Positions 50,229-58,677 of a DNA stretch of 64,000 nucleotides are shown here, piece by piece. Where the stretch lies: positions 124,001-188,000 of IMG/VR virus record IMGVR_UViG_3300008111_000002; one strand, given 5' to 3'. The position numbers were made by a program, and so were the translations under genes. The notes under the pieces were generated by a model, which saw only the letters and a program-made list of their open reading frames with translations, ran no database searches and was not told the origin of the DNA. Within the stretch, counting starts at the first letter, position 1; the number at the start of each line of letters is the position of its first letter.

Positions 50229-51669
50229 GTTAATAATAAAAGACGAAGTCAACATAAAAATAGAAGGACTTGCTGTTGAAACTCGTAGAAAGATTGTCAA
50301 CAAATTAAAATTTGATCTTCCCTACGCTCGTCACATGCCTGCTTATAAATTAGGGCGGTGGGACGGAACAAAAACTTACTTTGGCATAGGCGGCAATGGG
50401 TATCTTGCACACCTAGATGTTATTCTTCCTATTATTGAAGAAAGCGGCTACGAGATTGAAGTAGACGACTTACGATTACATAAACAAATTTCTTTTGAAA
50501 GAGTCAACAAAAATTACTGGGCTGACAAAGGCAAGACCTGGCCCAAAGGTCATCCATCTGCGGGTCAACCTATTGTATTACGTGATTATCAATACGATGT
50601 TGTTAATAAATTTTTAGAAAATCCTCAGGCATTACAGGAAGTAGCAACTGGTGCAGGTAAGACTATTACCACTGCTACACTCAGTCATCTTTGTGAGCCC
50701 TATGGTCGTACAATGGTCATTGTTCCTAACAAGTCGTTAGTTGTTCAGACTGAAGAAGATTATAAAAATCTAGGACTTGATGTTGGTGTGTACTTTGGTG
50801 ATCGTAAAGAATTAGGAAAGACTCATACTATCTGTACATGGCAAAGTTTAAATGTATTAGACAAAAATAGTTATGATGAAGACGTTCTTTCTTTAGCGGA
50901 ATTTACTGAAGGAGTAGCAGCAATTATTGTCGACGAAGTTCATCAAGCCAAAGCAGACGTATTAACTAAACTATTAACACAAAATTTTAAAAACTGTGCT
51001 ATTAGATGGGGACTAACTGGAACTATTCCTAAAGAAGCATGGGAGTTCCAAGGCATCTTAGCCAGCATCGGGCCAGTAATTAATCAAGTGTCGGCACACG
51101 ATTTGCAAGAAAAGGGTGTGTTGGCAAATTTGCAAATTAATGTTTTACAAACAACCGATGTTCAAGTATTTAGAAGTTTTCAAGAAGAATATAGCTTTTT
51201 AGTTACTGATGCAACTAGACTAACGTGGATGGCAAATAAAATTAAAGAATTAGCACTAACAGGTAATACGCTGGTATTAATTAATAGGATTGACACAGGC
51301 AATCAACTAATTGAAAGAATACCCGAAGCGGTCTTTGTCAGTGGCGGTATGAAACTAAACGACAGGAAAGAAGAATATGATGAGATTAAGACAGCTGATA
51401 ACAAGATTATTGTGGCGACTTATGGTGTGGCCGCTGTGGGTATTAATATTCCAAGGATTTTTAATTTGGTTCTTATTGAGCCCGGAAAGAGCTTTGTCCG
51501 CGTTATACAAAGTATTGGGCGAGGCATTAGAAGAGCGGAAGACAAAGACTTTGTCCAAATTTGGGACATCACGAGCACCTGCAAGTACGCCAAGCGGCAT
51601 CTTACGGAAAGGAAGAAATATTACAAAGAGGCCAAATACCCCTTTACATTAACCAAGGTAACATTATGA
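50215..51669 (+). CDS. uvsW: SF2 DNA helicase UvsW
   Basis: TTG start after AAGGA; WDG, LRDYQ, ATGAGKT, DEVH, GLTGT and QSIGRGIR motifs. Confidence 0.92.
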   Translation: MSTCKLIIKDEVNIKIEGLAVETRRKIVNKLKFDLPYARHMPAYKLGRWDGTKTYFGIGGNGYLAHLDVILPIIEESGYEIEVDDLRLHKQISFERVNKNYWADKGKTWPKGHPSAGQPIVLRDYQYDVVNKFLENPQALQEVATGAGKTITTATLSHLCEPYGRTMVIVPNKSLVVQTEEDYKNLGLDVGVYFGDRKELGKTHTICTWQSLNVLDKNSYDEDVLSLAEFTEGVAAIIVDEVHQAKADVLTKLLTQNFKNCAIRWGLTGTIPKEAWEFQGILASIGPVINQVSAHDLQEKGVLANLQINVLQTTDVQVFRSFQEEYSFLVTDATRLTWMANKIKELALTGNTLVLINRIDTGNQLIERIPEAVFVSGGMKLNDRKEEYDEIKTADNKIIVATYGVAAVGINIPRIFNLVLIEPGKSFVRVIQSIGRGIRRAEDKDFVQIWDITSTCKYAKRHLTERKKYYKEAKYPFTLTKVTL

Positions 51670-52172
51670 GAATTTTAACATTAAACAACACGGCCTTTGA
51701 TTTAAATGATCTGCCGGAAGAAGTAGAAGACGATGCTAGATTTAGCGTACTAGATAATAGCAATCCTTATGAACCAGATTTTTATTTTATGCCTCTTATT
51801 TTCTTAGAGTCATTTAACAGTCCAGCAATTCTATTACGCATAGGAGAGCACGAAATACAAATGCCATTAGATTGGTGCATGGTAGTTGGAGATAAAGACT
51901 GTGGGCAAGACCCAGAAGTATTACCACTGACCAGTATTAATGAACGAGGATTTGATGCATTAATCTTTAATCCTATTAAAGGATTTAAAATTGAATACAA
52001 GCCCATTGAAATTGTTAATATCTTTCAAGATGTTAGATGGTATTTTCCTAAAATGAAAAATGGACAATTACTAACAGTACCAATTAGTGATGATCATAAT
52101 CCACCTTGCGCATTTTTTGTCAAAGAAGTCAGTCGTCAAAGCGAAATTATTCAATTAGATAAAATTTTATAA
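51666..52172 (+). CDS. hypothetical beta-rich protein
   Basis: Start reassigned to MRILTLNN (ATG 51666, ATGA overlap with uvsW); 168 aa. Confidence 0.7.
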   Translation: MRILTLNNTAFDLNDLPEEVEDDARFSVLDNSNPYEPDFYFMPLIFLESFNSPAILLRIGEHEIQMPLDWCMVVGDKDCGQDPEVLPLTSINERGFDALIFNPIKGFKIEYKPIEIVNIFQDVRWYFPKMKNGQLLTVPISDDHNPPCAFFVKEVSRQSEIIQLDKIL

Positions 52173-52399
52173 TGCCTATACCGTTTATGGACAACGAAAA
52201 CTTTAAACGTAGATGTATTGGTTGGAAATTAAAGTACAGTTTATGGCCACGACGCTGTCATTATACAAATAAAATATTATGGTTTACAATGGCCTATCAC
52301 GGTGTTGGAATGATCTGTGGTCCCGGAGAACCTGTATTTGAAGATAGATGGTGCGAACGAAAAGAGTATCTTTTTTTAAAGATTAAAGGAACAATATGA
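52172..52399 (+). CDS. hypothetical protein
   Basis: 75 aa, coupled on both sides; W/C-rich. Confidence 0.55.
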   Translation: MPIPFMDNENFKRRCIGWKLKYSLWPRRCHYTNKILWFTMAYHGVGMICGPGEPVFEDRWCERKEYLFLKIKGTI

Positions 52400-52752
52400 A
52401 AGCAGGTAAAATATGGGGAGTAACAAAATTACTCGAAGCTAACGGTGTATTAGAATTTCATCGCATTGAAGCTAACGCCGGTGGGGTGTGTTCGAAGCAC
52501 AAGCACAAATATAAATGGAATGGTTTCTTTGTTGAAAAAGGCAAAATGATCATCCGAGTGTGGAAAAACAACTACGACTTAATTGATGAGACACTACTAG
52601 AGGCAGGGCAATATACTAAGGTTGCTCCCGGTGAATATCATCAATTTGAAGCTGTAGAAGACACCGTAGCTTTTGAATTATATTGGGCAGAATTTGATCA
52701 TGATGATATCGAAAGAGAAACTATAGGATACAAAAATCATGGGACAACTTAA
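52396..52752 (+). CDS. cupin-domain protein
   Basis: KIWG, CSKHKH..KWNGF.V..G and V.PGEYHQF cupin motifs. Confidence 0.8.
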   Translation: MKAGKIWGVTKLLEANGVLEFHRIEANAGGVCSKHKHKYKWNGFFVEKGKMIIRVWKNNYDLIDETLLEAGQYTKVAPGEYHQFEAVEDTVAFELYWAEFDHDDIERETIGYKNHGTT

Positions 52753-52993
52753 ACCTGGAGCAACTTATGTTTATGAATCACCGGATGGGGGAGAAACTGT
52801 CTATGCTAGAGAAATGGGTAGTACAGAGCGCCGTCTTATTGGCAAAAGTTACAAAGCAGTTCTTAAAGAAGAACTAAACAGCGAAGTTGAACTGTTCAAA
52901 AAAATTCACATGGCTGCAAAGAATGATCCTGTCTTGAAAGAAGCTGTAGAACGTGTTAAACTATTGTATCACTTAGGTAAAAAAGATGAGTAA
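52739..52993 (+). CDS. hypothetical protein
   Basis: 84 aa with YESPDGGETVYARE motif; AGGA RBS. Confidence 0.65.
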   Translation: MGQLKPGATYVYESPDGGETVYAREMGSTERRLIGKSYKAVLKEELNSEVELFKKIHMAAKNDPVLKEAVERVKLLYHLGKKDE

Positions 52994-53462
52994 ATTAGAC
53001 CTATTCAAAGATATCATTCCAGCTGTTGATTCTGGCATTAAAGATCTTTGGGACGCTTTAGAAGAGGATCAACAGAAAGAATTAAAAAAACTTTTGTTTG
53101 TTCTTGGACGCTGGATCAGCAGCCCAGTCTCTAGTGATCCGGATGTTCAAGCTCACTATATTTTAACTGTTAACGAATATTATAATAAAAATTATTATAA
53201 GTTTTATAACCATCCTAAACTGTTATGGTTACTGTTAACTATGTGTGCTAATCCTAAAGGAAAAGTTGTTAGAAGAGAATATATAAAGTTATCTAGAAAG
53301 GCAGAAGGTTCTAGTAAAAAACATAAATTTTTATTAGATAGATATCCTAGCGCCAAGTTAGATGACGTTGAACTATTGGCTAAAATTTTAACTGACGACG
53401 AAGTTAAACAAATTGCCAAAGACATGGGACTTGATAATAAACAAATCAAAGAACTTCTATAA
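52986..53462 (+). CDS. putative clamp-loader small subunit (T4 gp62-like)
   Basis: F.L.RW.S...VNE..N...HPKL.W.LL...YIK...KILT.DE pattern is reminiscent of gp62; replication context. Confidence 0.45.
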   Translation: MSKLDLFKDIIPAVDSGIKDLWDALEEDQQKELKKLLFVLGRWISSPVSSDPDVQAHYILTVNEYYNKNYYKFYNHPKLLWLLLTMCANPKGKVVRREYIKLSRKAEGSSKKHKFLLDRYPSAKLDDVELLAKILTDDEVKQIAKDMGLDNKQIKELL

Positions 53463-54133
53463 TGTTTGTTTGTGAATACTGTAAAAAAGAATTTGTCAAA
53501 GAAAAGACTCTGTTTGTTCATGTATGTGAACAGAAGCGTAGACACTTGAACAAAGGAGAAAAACATGTACAGGCTGGGTTTATGGCCTATACCAAGTTCT
53601 ATGAGGTAGCACAAAAAAATACTAAAAAAACTTTTGAAGACTTTGTAGAAAGCCCTTACTACACAGCATTTGTAAAGTTTGGCAGTTTTTTCGTTAACAC
53701 AAATCCAATTTATCCAGAACGATTTATAGAATTTGTAATACGCAGTAATACAAAATTAGATGCGTGGTGTAGTGATAATTTATATGACATATACATTGCT
53801 GAGTTAATCAAACAAGAACCAGCAGATGGTTCTATACAAAGAACTATACAAACAATGATGGACTGGGCTGATAAAAATAACTCAACTTGGGAACACTATT
53901 TTTTGTATGTGAATTTAAACAGACTAACACATGATATAAAAGAAGGATTAATCAGTCCGTGGATGTTGTTAAATATTCAATCAGGAAAAGACGCACTGCA
54001 AAAAATGAATGATGAACAGTTGGAAATTATCAGTACTATAATTGATCCACAATTTTGGAAACGTAAATTTAAAAACTATCCTGCAGATGTTGAACTAATT
54101 AAAGATGTTATCAAAGAAGCGAAAATATTATAA
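53462..54133 (+). CDS. hypothetical protein with N-terminal C2HC zinc finger
   Basis: CEYCKKEF..EKTL..HVC. Confidence 0.65.
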   Translation: MFVCEYCKKEFVKEKTLFVHVCEQKRRHLNKGEKHVQAGFMAYTKFYEVAQKNTKKTFEDFVESPYYTAFVKFGSFFVNTNPIYPERFIEFVIRSNTKLDAWCSDNLYDIYIAELIKQEPADGSIQRTIQTMMDWADKNNSTWEHYFLYVNLNRLTHDIKEGLISPWMLLNIQSGKDALQKMNDEQLEIISTIIDPQFWKRKFKNYPADVELIKDVIKEAKIL

Positions 54134-54360
54134 TGCCTAAGAAAAAACAAGAACCGGAAGTAGTAGAACAAGATCTAGCAGAAAACGAAGAACCTCTTTC
54201 TAGAGATGATTTAGATATCGAAGTTGCTGTTGGTAGCGAGGAACCTGTTGTATATGTAAAGTTCAGCGGCTTTGAGGACATTGAAGATGCTGAAGAATAT
54301 GCAGAGTTTCTTGCAGAAACTTTACCACTATTGTTATTTGAGTCAACAAGGTTACAGTAA
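54133..54360 (+). CDS. small acidic hypothetical protein
   Basis: 75 aa, TAATG-coupled on both sides. Confidence 0.6.
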   Translation: MPKKKQEPEVVEQDLAENEEPLSRDDLDIEVAVGSEEPVVYVKFSGFEDIEDAEEYAEFLAETLPLLLFESTRLQ

Positions 54361-54938
54361 TGCCAGATATTGATATTGACTTTGCAGATAGAACAAAAGC
54401 ATTGGCTTTGTTCAAACATCACAGAGCCAGCAGAGTAGAAGATAACAAATTAGTAGTTCATAACACAGGTGTTTATTTTCATCCTGTGCCAATTGATGCA
54501 AGAACTAATCTTTCGTCAATACCATATGATCAAGCAGAAGAACAAGGATTTTTTAAAATTGATTTTCTCAATGTAGGAATCTATAAAAATATCAAAGATG
54601 AAAATCATCTTAAGACTTTAATGGAGACTGAACCACTATGGGATTTACTGTTACAGGACGACTTCGTGAACTTATTGTTCCATGTGAATGGGCATGGGTC
54701 TATTCTAAGAGAGATGGAACCAAAATCTATAGAAGAATTGGCAGCAGTACTGGCAATGATAAGACCCGCGAAACGTTATCTGATTGGGAAGCCATGGACT
54801 ACGGTGATGAACGAGATCTGGACGAAACCAGAGAATGACGAATACTACTTTAAAAAGAGTCATGCTACTGCGTATGCTCTTTCAATTATAGTTCAAATGA
54901 ATCAAATTTGTGAAAGTATTAGTTACGGTTATAGTTAA
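54360..54938 (+). CDS. miniature DNA polymerase III alpha (DnaE)-like catalytic core, 192 aa
   Basis: MPDIDIDF, HNTGVY, GFFKIDFLNV, PKSIEELAAVLAMIRP and YYFKKSHATAYA correspond in order to DnaE palm/finger motifs. Confidence 0.85.
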   Translation: MPDIDIDFADRTKALALFKHHRASRVEDNKLVVHNTGVYFHPVPIDARTNLSSIPYDQAEEQGFFKIDFLNVGIYKNIKDENHLKTLMETEPLWDLLLQDDFVNLLFHVNGHGSILREMEPKSIEELAAVLAMIRPAKRYLIGKPWTTVMNEIWTKPENDEYYFKKSHATAYALSIIVQMNQICESISYGYS

Positions 54939-55306
54939 CCAGCTTTTCTAATTAATACTATGCTTCTACGTTTAATTCTTTTGGTGATAATTTGATTTAG
55001 ACTTACGCAAGGCCCAAGCATTAATTTAACATCTTTGGTACTGAAATTTCTAATAGCGTATCTAAAAGGTTGTATTTCTTTAGCTAGAAAAATACTAATA
55101 GGAATTTGTCTATTTGATTCCCACCACCAAGCTTCCCCTAGTTCTAAAAATCTAGTTTTTTCTTCTTCGCTTTTTAAAGAAGTGTAATCATACATGCTAG
55201 TGATACTAGAGTCTTGATTAATAATAATGCCCACATATTCTTTGTCAACGTAGTTTATAACACTTATAAATGGGAAGTTTTGTTGTAAGTTTTCTGTTAT
55301 TCTCAT
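54935..55306 (-). CDS. hypothetical protein
   Basis: 123 aa with FPFIS, EYVGII.N and WWWESNR.IPI motifs. Confidence 0.65.
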   Translation of the reverse strand: MRITENLQQNFPFISVINYVDKEYVGIIINQDSSITSMYDYTSLKSEEEKTRFLELGEAWWWESNRQIPISIFLAKEIQPFRYAIRNFSTKDVKLMLGPCVSLNQIITKRIKRRSIVLIRKAG

Positions 55307-55309
55307 AGG

Positions 55310-55315
55310 TAAATA
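55310..55315 (+). promoter_or_regulatory. late promoter core (TAAATA)
   Basis: Upstream of the AAGGA RBS of the gene at 55337. Confidence 0.55.
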
Positions 55316-55336
55316 TTATTAATCAAAGGACCAATA

Positions 55337-56092
55337 ATGCAATTTAATCCAAGTTATTTATACGCAAACAAAGTGGACGTTTTCAGCGATCTTGGCTCCT
55401 GGCAAACTGAGAGGTATCGCAAAGTGTATCAACGCACCCTAAAAATTTATCGCGGAGTCGATAATCCTATAGATTTTCAAGTTCGCAACTCTGATCAAAA
55501 ACCCCAATCCATTGCTGGACAAACTGTGGTATTTAATCTTTTTGCTTATGAGTCGCAAGAACTTATTATGTCCAGAGATTGTACAGTTGTAGATGCTGTT
55601 AAAGGTAAAGTATCTGTAACTATCAGTGAAGGAGAAGCATTAACGCTAACTCCTGGATTTTATACATTTTCTTTATATACTCTATCCAATGGTATTAAAA
55701 AACCATTGTACGGAGACAGCCAATTTGGCGCACTGGGTAGATTAGAATTAATTGGTAACGTGTATGGTAATGTTATACCTACAGATATCATAACAACTTT
55801 TAATACAGAAAGTACGTATAAAGTCAGCAGCATCATTGATGCCAAACCGCATTTGAATAATAATTCTGCACTGCATACTTTTGCGTTCTATGGAACTGCA
55901 TATAGTGGTAGTGTAGTAATTCAAGCAAGCATGGACGAAAATACCACTACTGGAAATTGGATTGATCTAGCAACAATTCCATTAACCAATTCTTCAATAT
56001 CATATAAAAATATAGAAGGCGTTTGGAGTTGGTTTAGAATCAAGCATACTCAAACTGCTGGAACACTTGACAAAGTATTGTATAGATATTAA
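55337..56092 (+). CDS. putative virion structural protein (BppU-like/Ig-like beta domains)
   Basis: KIYRGVDNPIDFQV.N.DQKP...GKVSVTI...L..G.Y.FS pattern; late promoter. Confidence 0.55.
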   Translation: MQFNPSYLYANKVDVFSDLGSWQTERYRKVYQRTLKIYRGVDNPIDFQVRNSDQKPQSIAGQTVVFNLFAYESQELIMSRDCTVVDAVKGKVSVTISEGEALTLTPGFYTFSLYTLSNGIKKPLYGDSQFGALGRLELIGNVYGNVIPTDIITTFNTESTYKVSSIIDAKPHLNNNSALHTFAFYGTAYSGSVVIQASMDENTTTGNWIDLATIPLTNSSISYKNIEGVWSWFRIKHTQTAGTLDKVLYRY

Positions 56093-56095
56093 AAT
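56067..56095 (+). promoter_or_regulatory. sigma70-type promoter
   Basis: TTGACA-17 nt-TAAAAT, 6 nt before the primase ATG. Confidence 0.7.
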
Positions 56096-56101
56096 GTATC
56101 T

Positions 56102-57118
56102 ATGACTCTGGTCTTAGATACCCTACGTACATTACTGCCATATAAAAGAAAGCAAACACCAAGTGGTTGGATTAGCTTTAATGCTCCCTGTTGTCATCAT
56201 CGTGGTCACAAATCAGATGATAGACTAAGAGGCGGAGTCACATTTAATGAAGGTTTTGTATATCACTGTTTTAACTGTGGATTTTCTACAGGTTGGCAAC
56301 CAGGTCGTCCAATATCTTTTAAATTACGAGAATTATGTAGTTGGTTGGGTGCGTCAGATGATACTATAAAACGATTAATATTTGAAGCTTTAAAAACCGA
56401 ACGACCAGATTATGTAAATCAACATTACACCCCTCCAGTTGAATTTACCAAAAAAGAATTACCAGAAGGTAGTTTGCCGTTAATAGAATGGATGCAGGAA
56501 AAATTAGATGTAGAAACTGAACAAAAAATATTGTTAGTGATACAATATCTTATTGATCGTGGATTTAATCCGTTGGCAGAAAACTTTTATTGGTCACCGT
56601 TAGCGGGTTATGACAATAGAGTTATAATTCCGTTTTTGTATCATGGTCAAACTGTAGGTAGTACTGCAAGACGCATTACACCTGGAAAGCCAAAGTATCT
56701 TTCAGATCAGCATCCAAACTTTGTATTCAATATGGATGCACAGGCTAATGATAGAAAATATGTAATTGTCTGCGAAGGTCCATTTGATGCACTGGCAATT
56801 GGCGGTGTTGCACTTCTCACAAACGAAATTTCTGAACAACATGCTAGGATAATTAATAGTCTATCCCGTCAAGTTATTTTCGTTCCAGATCAAGATAAAG
56901 CAGGTATAGCAGGTATCGATAAAGCTAGAGAATTGGGTTGGAGCGTAGCATTCCCTAATTGGAATAGCAGTATCAAAGATTGTGCCGATGCAGTGAAAGA
57001 ATACGGAAAAATGTTTACTATTGTTGATATTATAAAGACATCAGTTAGTGGTAATATAAAAATTAATTTGATGAAAAATCAAATGATTAAAAGGATTAAA
57101 AATGTTCAGACTAATTGA
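56102..57118 (+). CDS. gp61: DNA primase (T4 gp61-like)
   Basis: Zn ribbon PCC...YHCFNC, YL..RG, RVIIPF and KYL; TOPRIM VCEGPFDA and PDQD. Confidence 0.9.
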   Translation: MTLVLDTLRTLLPYKRKQTPSGWISFNAPCCHHRGHKSDDRLRGGVTFNEGFVYHCFNCGFSTGWQPGRPISFKLRELCSWLGASDDTIKRLIFEALKTERPDYVNQHYTPPVEFTKKELPEGSLPLIEWMQEKLDVETEQKILLVIQYLIDRGFNPLAENFYWSPLAGYDNRVIIPFLYHGQTVGSTARRITPGKPKYLSDQHPNFVFNMDAQANDRKYVIVCEGPFDALAIGGVALLTNEISEQHARIINSLSRQVIFVPDQDKAGIAGIDKARELGWSVAFPNWNSSIKDCADAVKEYGKMFTIVDIIKTSVSGNIKINLMKNQMIKRIKNVQTN

Positions 57119-57194
57119 AAAAATAAAAGAATACATTAAAAGAAAACGTAGATTAAAAGAACTACGTAAAAGAGATCCGTTTATCTATAAATGA
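57102..57194 (+). CDS. 30-aa basic microprotein MFRLIEKIKEYIKRKRRLKELRKRDPFIYK (absent from the ORF track)
   Basis: AAGGA RBS at 57091, ATG 57102; stop overlaps the carbamoyltransferase start (ATGA). Confidence 0.7.
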   Translation: MFRLIEKIKEYIKRKRRLKELRKRDPFIYK

Positions 57195-58660
57195 TTACTT
57201 GGGGGATTTCGGCTAACAGTCACAATGCTGCACTTGCAGTATTTGATGAAGATCATTTAATATTTGCCAGTGAATCGGAAAGATTTAGCAAAATTAAAAA
57301 TGATCCGCATCTACATCACGATTTAATTGACTACGCAAAAACTATTGCGGGCGAACCTGATCTAGTATGTTGGTATGAAAAGCCGTGGCTGAAAACCATG
57401 CGTCAAATATTTGCAGGACAAGATTTTGAATACAATAGTGTTAAAAAATATTTGTCTAGGTACAGCATTAATGCCCCTATAAAAACATTTAGACATCATC
57501 ACAGTCATGCAGCAGCAGGTTATTATACCAGTACATTTAAAGATGCATGTGTTATTGTTATTGATGCAATTGGAGAATTTGAAACTTTATCAATTTGGAA
57601 AGGTCAAGGTAAGAATTTAACAAAAGTATATTCACTTTCTTATCCTGACAGCATTGGTTTATTTTACTCTGCAATGACACAACGATGTGGTTTAAAACCC
57701 AATGAAGAAGAGTACATTCTTATGGGCATGGCCGCATATGGTGACTATTCAGTGTTATTGAGAGACGTAACAAAAGATTTTATACATTTTCCAACTGATT
57801 ATAAACATCCTGTGTTGTTTAAACAAAATTTACATAGAGGATGCAACTGGTGGAAACCTGAACTACAATCTCCTAAGCAGTTATTTGATATTGCAGCCGC
57901 AACACAGAAGATGTATGAAATTTGTTTTGTTAGAATTTTACAGTTCGCACAACAACTTGTTGAAAGTGAAAATTTAGTGTTAATGGGAGGCTGTGCTTTA
58001 AATTGCTCAGCTAATTCAAAAATCTTTGATTACTTTAATGATGCATGGATCATGCCTGCACCAGGGGATAGCGGATCAGCCATTGGTGCAGTGTTAGCAC
58101 ACAAAGGAACACGTATTAAATGGACAGGACCGTATTTAGGTTACGATATTAGTCCACGAAAATTAAACAGAGAAATTGTTGAATACTTACAGATAAACAA
58201 AATATGTGGAGTAGCTAGAGGCCCTGCAGAATTTGGTCCACGTGCATTGGGCAATAGGAGCTTACTGGCAGATCCCAGGGATCCTAGTATAAAAGATCGT
58301 GTAAACGAAATAAAGAAAAGAGAAACATTTAGACCATTTGCGCCTGCTATATTAGAAGAACATGCCAACAGGTATTTTGTAATGCCTACAAAGAAAAGTC
58401 CATATATGCAATACACTGCATATTGTCTACAACCAAATTTATTTCCTTCTATTGTTCACAAAGACGGAACCAGTAGAGTTCAAACAGTTGGTCCTAATGA
58501 TAATCCTAAATTTAGAGAACTGTTAGAAATGTGGTATGCTAAAACAGGATGCCCTATGTTGTTGAATACCAGTTTGAATATAAAAGGCGAACCTATAGTA
58601 AACGACCTAGCAGATTCAATGACTTGGGCCAGTACCTATGGTTTACCTGTTTTTAATTAG
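57191..58660 (+). CDS. carbamoyltransferase (NodU/CmcH/TobZ family)
   Basis: ERFSKIKND, HHHSHAA, DAIGE, MGMAAYG, GGCALN, PGDSG, EFGPRALGNRS, KKRE.FRPFAP, H.DGTSRVQTV and LLNTSLN motifs. Confidence 0.93.
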   Translation: MITWGISANSHNAALAVFDEDHLIFASESERFSKIKNDPHLHHDLIDYAKTIAGEPDLVCWYEKPWLKTMRQIFAGQDFEYNSVKKYLSRYSINAPIKTFRHHHSHAAAGYYTSTFKDACVIVIDAIGEFETLSIWKGQGKNLTKVYSLSYPDSIGLFYSAMTQRCGLKPNEEEYILMGMAAYGDYSVLLRDVTKDFIHFPTDYKHPVLFKQNLHRGCNWWKPELQSPKQLFDIAAATQKMYEICFVRILQFAQQLVESENLVLMGGCALNCSANSKIFDYFNDAWIMPAPGDSGSAIGAVLAHKGTRIKWTGPYLGYDISPRKLNREIVEYLQINKICGVARGPAEFGPRALGNRSLLADPRDPSIKDRVNEIKKRETFRPFAPAILEEHANRYFVMPTKKSPYMQYTAYCLQPNLFPSIVHKDGTSRVQTVGPNDNPKFRELLEMWYAKTGCPMLLNTSLNIKGEPIVNDLADSMTWASTYGLPVFN

Positions 58661-58670
58661 AATGTATAAT
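58642..58670 (+). promoter_or_regulatory. sigma70-type promoter
   Basis: TTTACC-17 nt-TATAAT, 7 nt before the helicase ATG. Confidence 0.5.
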
Positions 58671-58677
58671 AATAACT

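Noticed and set aside
54360-54938. Split-intein DnaE half or simple pseudogene fragment
   Set aside because: There are no intein motifs at either end. The retained motifs come from widely separated parts of DnaE joined in frame, which a single truncation would not produce.
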